DNA from: Octopus bimaculoides
Taxonomy: Eukaryota
Length of the DNA: 41,086 bases
Assembly (NCBI RefSeq): GCF_001194135.2
Contig: NC_068991.1
Coordinates: 1,856,225 to 1,897,310 of the forward strand
Direction of reading: 5' to 3'
How positions within the stretch are numbered: the stretch's first letter is position 1; each line of letters opens with the position of its first letter. A program made the position numbers and the translations under genes. A model generated the notes under the pieces. The model was not told the DNA's origin. It did no database searches and was given only the letters and a program-made list of their open reading frames with translations. This document shows, in pieces, positions 35,795 through 41,086 of this stretch.

Positions 35795-35992
35795 GCAAAA
35801 GGCCTGAAATTTTGGGGAATGAGTTAAGTCGATTGCATGGACCCAAGAGCGTAACTGGTATTGAATTTATCGACCCTGAAAGGATGAAAGGCAAAGTGGA
35901 TCTCGGCGGAATTTGAACTCAGAACGTAAAGCCGGACGAAATGCCGCTAAGCCTTCTGCCCGGCGCGGTAACGATTCTGCCAGCTCGCCCCC
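35795..35992 (-). mobile_element. SINE family A copy (other partial copies at 34135-34273 and 37990-38170)
   Basis: Reverse-complement family A head and core motifs. Confidence 0.85.
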
Positions 35993-36429
35993 TTGATAAT
36001 AATAACAATAATAATGATCCTTTGTACTATAGGCACAAGGCCTGGATTTTGTGGACTGGCAGAGAATGCCATAATTGCTACAAAAGGTACGCAGTCAAAA
36101 ATGTTTTCCGCTATTTCTCCTCTTCCATTTAACATCCTGCCTTCGGGTTCCAATTTTACATCATCTAATTAAGATATGCTTCATTATGAATGTCGATGTA
36201 ATCAGGCTAGCCACAAGTGTGGCCTTCTATCGAAGATTAGACATCATGACTCAAAGACAAATTTCGAAATGACAATTCTATATTGTCATTACCGGAAGTT
36301 TTTCCAGGAAGAAAAGAGAAACATAATCGACATTAGATGATTCTAGAGAGAATTGTGCTTAACAAAAATAAACCTGGTGACCATTTGGTGAGAGATGCGG
36401 AAGAATGGACAGACAGCATTGATATAAAT

Positions 36430-36471
<42 letters not shown>

Positions 36472-37210
36472 NNNNNNNNNNNNNNNNNNNNNNNNNNNNN
36501 NNNNNNNNNNNNNNNNNNNNNNNNNNNNNNNNNNNNNNNNNNNNNNNNNNNNNNNNNNNNNNNNNNNNNNNNNNNNNNNNNNNNNNNNNNNNNNNNNNNN
36601 NNNNNNNNNNNNNNNNNNNNNNNNNNNNNNNNNNNNNNNNNNNNNNNNNNNNNNNNNNNNNNNNNNNNNNNNNNNNNNNNNNNNNNNNNNNNNNNNNNNN
36701 NNNNNNNNNNNNNNNNNNNNNNNNNNNNNNNNNNNNNNNNNNNNNNNNNNNNNNNNNNNNNNNNNNNNNNNNNNNNNNNNNNNNNNNNNNNNNNNNNNNN
36801 NNNNNNNNNNNNNNNNNNNNNNNNNNNNNNNNNNNNNNNNNNNNNNNNNNNNNNNNNNNNNNNNNNNNNNNNNNNNNNNNNNNNNNNNNNNNNNNNNNNN
36901 NNNNNNNNNNNNNNNNNNNNNNNNNNNNNNNNNNNNNNNNNNNNNNNNNNNNNNNNNNNNNNNNNNGTGTGTGTGTGAGAGAGAGAGTGTGTGTGTGAGA
37001 GAGAGAGTGTGTGTGTGAGAGAGAGAAAGATAGAAAGAGATAGATCGTGTGTGTGTGTGTGTGCGTGTGTGAGAGAGAAAGAGAGAGAGAGAGAGAGAGA
37101 TCGTGTGTGTGTGTGTGTGAGAGAGAGAGAAAGAGAGAGAGAGATCGTGTGTGTGTGTGTGTGTGAGAGAGAGAGAAAGAGAGAGAGAGAGAGTGTGTGT
37201 CCGTGTGTGT
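36430..37210. repeat. (GT)/(GA) compound microsatellite spanning an assembly gap of about 495 N
   Basis: Direct inspection. Confidence 0.95.
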
Positions 37211-38241
37211 ACTGATCGATTGCTCAATAGTTTTTGTGTAGTTTGTGTATTTATTCTACTTTAAAAAAAAGACGTGTATCAGTTACTTATATGTCTCTAA
37301 ATACCTGTAACTCTGCGTCGTGTCGAAGCTGGGCTGTGACGAGACGGTCTTGCTTTCCCAGCTTTTTTTCGTAACTATAAATTGTCGTCATGGAGACGTT
37401 GGACAAAATCGTGAAGACGAGTTTTCCAGTTCTCTCCCTTAGAACTATTTTTTCACAAAATGAGTGAGTTGTCTCCCTTGATTGTTAACCCACCTTTTTC
37501 GATTGACCACGAAAACTACGAAGTTGTGGTCTCTCTGACAGTCTTTCCGGACGCTAGAAACAATAGTCGTAGCTTCCGGAAATCACACTTTACTGCATTA
37601 GAAAGAGACAGGTAGTTGGATTATGAAGTTCAAGCTATGCAATACTAGTCGTACGAGGTAAAAGGAAGTCATTATTTGATCGCTTCACAAGCTAGAAATA
37701 GCAGTAAAATATTCCTCAAGTCATAATCTACTTTACGTAATGTCTCTCCAGACGCGTTTAGTTTAAACCTTTCAAAACGTGCTGGTTATTATGTTTTCGG
37801 TATTAGATCTGCTTAATAAGGGTTTCCATGGGGCTAAGCAGCTTCACCACCCATATCTATATTTATAAACATCATATATAACTCATACTTAGCGTTAGAG
37901 AGAGAATATAGACCCAATAACGACAGAAATCAGGTGTGCTTAATAGATAAGCATAAAGGCAGGGATTTCATGGGAGAGACCAATCGATAATGGCATCGGC
38001 ATTACTTGACAGGAACTTTATTTGATCGAAAGGTCGAAGGGTAAAGTCGACTTCAGCGGGATTTGAACTCGGAATGTAAAGGCCTGTGAACTTTGGTGTC
38101 TGGTTTCCAGTAGTAAGTGGTTGGGAAATAAGTCGATTTCACGCACCCCGTATCCAAAATTGCGCGCGCAAGTGTGTGTATGTATACATATTGTGCACCA
38201 GCATGACCGCAGCCACTTGGCTGAAACACATAAATAAATAA

Positions 38242-38274
<33 letters not shown>

Positions 38275-38682
38275 NNNNNNNNNNNNNNNNNNNNNNNNNN
38301 NNNNNNNNNNNNNNNNNNNNNNNNNNNNNNNNNNNNNNNNNNNNNNNNNNNNNNNNNNNNNNNNNNNNNNNNNNNNNNNNNNNNNNNNNNNNNNNNNNNN
38401 NNNNNNNNNNNNNNNNNNNNNNNNNNNNNNNNNNNNNNNNNNNNNNNNNNNNNNNNNNNNNNNNNNNNNNNNNNNNNNNNNNNNNNNNNNNNNNNNNNNN
38501 NNNNNNNNNNNNNNNNNNNNNNNNNNNNNNNNNNNNNNNNNNNNNNNNNNNNNNNNNNNNNNNNNNNNNNNNNNNNNNNNNNNNNNNNNNNNNNNNNNNN
38601 NNNNNNNNNNNNNNNNNNNNNNNNNNNNNNNNNNNNNNNNNNNNNNNNNNNNNNNNNNNNNNNNNNNNNNNNNNNNNNNNNN

Positions 38683-38726
<44 letters not shown>

Positions 38727-40448
38727 CACAAACATACAGACATATACATACATATATGCACACACACGTGTATATATGTATGTGTGTATTTGTGTGTGTA
38801 TGTGTGCGTGTGTGTGTATGTGTGTGTATGTGTGCGTGTGTGTGTGTGTGTGTTGTACGCGTTGTTTTTATGGCATTGTTGTTGTAGTTGTTGTTGTTTT
38901 CGTTCATGAGGCTGTATATGAATGTTGTTGTTATTGCTGACAGTGACAGCGTCGGAAAAATATTTTTGAAGTCGGCCAAAGCAACCGAAATGTCACACAC
39001 ACACACACACACACACACATATTCAAAACCACATCCCTCGCCCCCCACAAGCCAAACCACTAACATAACCGTTGGTAGGTAATACCATAATGATCCAATG
39101 GTTGACTGTTGGCATTTAAACATTTAAAAGCCAGGAATTCCTGTTGTCCAACACAGCCAAAGAGACGGTGTGTTGTTTAGGGAGAACTAACACTTGTCAT
39201 GTGCCTCTAGAATCGTGCTTCCGCCTTCAGTTTGGTGCCATATCAACCAGTTCAGGATTCCCTATCATAAATAACAACCGTATTATTGTTCTGTCGGCAC
39301 TAGCGTACCTAGAGCGTACCTGGGCGCGAGTTTTTTTTTCCCACGAGTGTTCCGGACCTTAGAAATGAACTCATTTGCATACAGCCAATCAGAGCTCACC
39401 TTGACCTTGTCATGTTAACAAGCACACTTTATCAAGTAAACTCAAGTACGAAGAACAGTGTTGTAAGTCGAACGATCGCCAAGTTATGCCTGATTTTAGA
39501 AAGAGACAAGTAATTAGAATTGCATTTCTACCTATTATCGGATTTTGTTAGGGTCCCATATGGTAAAGATGGGGATGGGGCAAATGTGGGCAGAGGGTGA
39601 TATGCTAGCAACCCTCTTCCCTTACAAAACTGTCCGACGAACGGGAACGTGAAATTCTGAGTAACAGTTTTCGCGCTTTTTTTGCTGCTTTTTAATGAAG
39701 CATATTACTCTACCTCTGGTACTCGAGCACTATTTATATATATATATATNNNNNNNNNNNNNNNNNNNNNNNNNNNNNNNNNNNNNNNNNNNNNNNNNNN
39801 NNNNNNNNNNNNNNNNNNNNNNNNNNNNNNNNNNNNNNNNNNNNNNNNNNNNNNNNNNNNNNNNNNNNNNNNNNNNNNNNNNNNNNNNNNNNNNNNNNNN
39901 NNNNNNNNNNNNNNATATATTGTTGTTATTATGCAAAAGTGGCGTAAGTAAAAAACGTTGTTTTTTCAGAAAACGAAAAAATAATTTCACTATTCCATTG
40001 CAAAACCGTTCTGCTACACTTTGACAATTTTTGATATCTTGGCATTTGAAGCAGCTGGAGATACGATAGTTTGACCAAAACAACCGGCTACCGCAACCAA
40101 AAATAAATATTGAAAATGCATTTTGCCAAATTTGGACATATGACAGTTTAACATAATAGCAACGATATGTATAGAGTTGTATATGGGCTCATAAAATGGA
40201 TATGTGCGCGTATGTATGTATGTATTTATAAAAATATTATATATGTGTGTATGTATGTTTGTGTATGTGTATATGTATGCACACATACACGTAGTTCTAA
40301 CGTAAAGTGCACATATGTGTGTGTTTGCGTGTGTATATGTATATGCATGTGTGTGCGCGTGCGTGTAAATATCAATGGATGAACAAATATAAACACATCC
40401 GTCGAGGACAACAGTAGCCTTTTAGCTTGGCTATTTTCGGGGTTAGAC

Positions 40449-40462
40449 AGGAGAGAGAGAGG

Positions 40463-40498
<36 letters not shown>

Positions 40499-40520
40499 NN
40501 NNNNNNNNNNNNNNNNNNNN

Positions 40521-40561
<41 letters not shown>

Positions 40562-40696
40562 GGAGGATGGCGTGTCTTGTAACTCGTAAACGTTCGGTGG
40601 TTCTAAATAATAATTATATATTTAAACAGGGTGTATACATATTTATATGTAGCAATTATATATACCCATCATTCGTACATAATTATTAAATACAAG

Positions 40697-40736
<40 letters not shown>

Positions 40737-40759
40737 NNNNNNNNNNNNNNNNNNNNNNN

Positions 40760-40797
<38 letters not shown>

Positions 40798-40800
40798 ATA
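40449..40800. repeat. (GA)n, (TATC)n and (AT)n microsatellites with small gaps
   Basis: Direct inspection. Confidence 0.9.
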
Positions 40801-41086
40801 TACGTATAAACATATTTATATTTATGTGTGTGTTTGTGTCTATATGTATGAAAATATGTCCGTTTATGTGTGAGTGTGTATTAATTGTTACCAGGAAAAG
40901 TTTGACAGCGACTTCGAAGTTTCAGGTTACCAGCCGTCACCACACTGCCAACCTTTTCGTTGTAAAAATTATCAAATGTGGAGTCTACTAAAAAAGGATT
41001 AAATGATCGTCCAGTTTAATGTTAAATTCTTTTTATATTATAGAACTAAAATATTGACATAAAAACAGCTATATATATATATATAT

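Noticed and set aside
37390-37470. ATG GAG ACG...AAA ATG A|gtgagt as a possible first coding exon
   Set aside because: Single uncorroborated signal, with no partner exon or homology.
40014-40286. Signal-peptide-like stretch MHFQYLFLVAVAGCFGQ on the minus strand
   Set aside because: It runs into a stop with no credible donor, and the upstream part is microsatellite.

Overview
AT-rich, microsatellite- and SINE-dense eukaryotic DNA with several N-gaps. The repeat landscape looks like an Octopus (coleoid cephalopod) genome; this is an inference from recalled repeat families, not a database result. One protein-coding gene is well supported: a minus-strand, intron-containing, divergent calmodulin-like gene with coding exons 21092-21059, 19123-18980, 18095-17853 and 17069-17044, plus an initiator-ATG exon probably at 25534-25515. 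With ATG added these splice in frame to 149 aa: [149 protein letters not shown]. It keeps calmodulin intron positions and length, but only EF-hand 3 is canonical. EF1, EF2 and EF4 all carry Glu12->Asp plus other ligand losses, and Met/Phe residues are replaced (four Cys gained). The rest is mostly repeats: four recurring SINE-like families, Tx1-, RTE- and Penelope-like remnants, piggyBac-, hAT- and TA-type MITEs, an 11-bp minisatellite and microsatellites. Some weakly supported plus-strand exon and promoter candidates also occur. Nearly all ORFs in the supplied track are microsatellite or gap artefacts. No rRNA, true tRNA or CRISPR features were seen.
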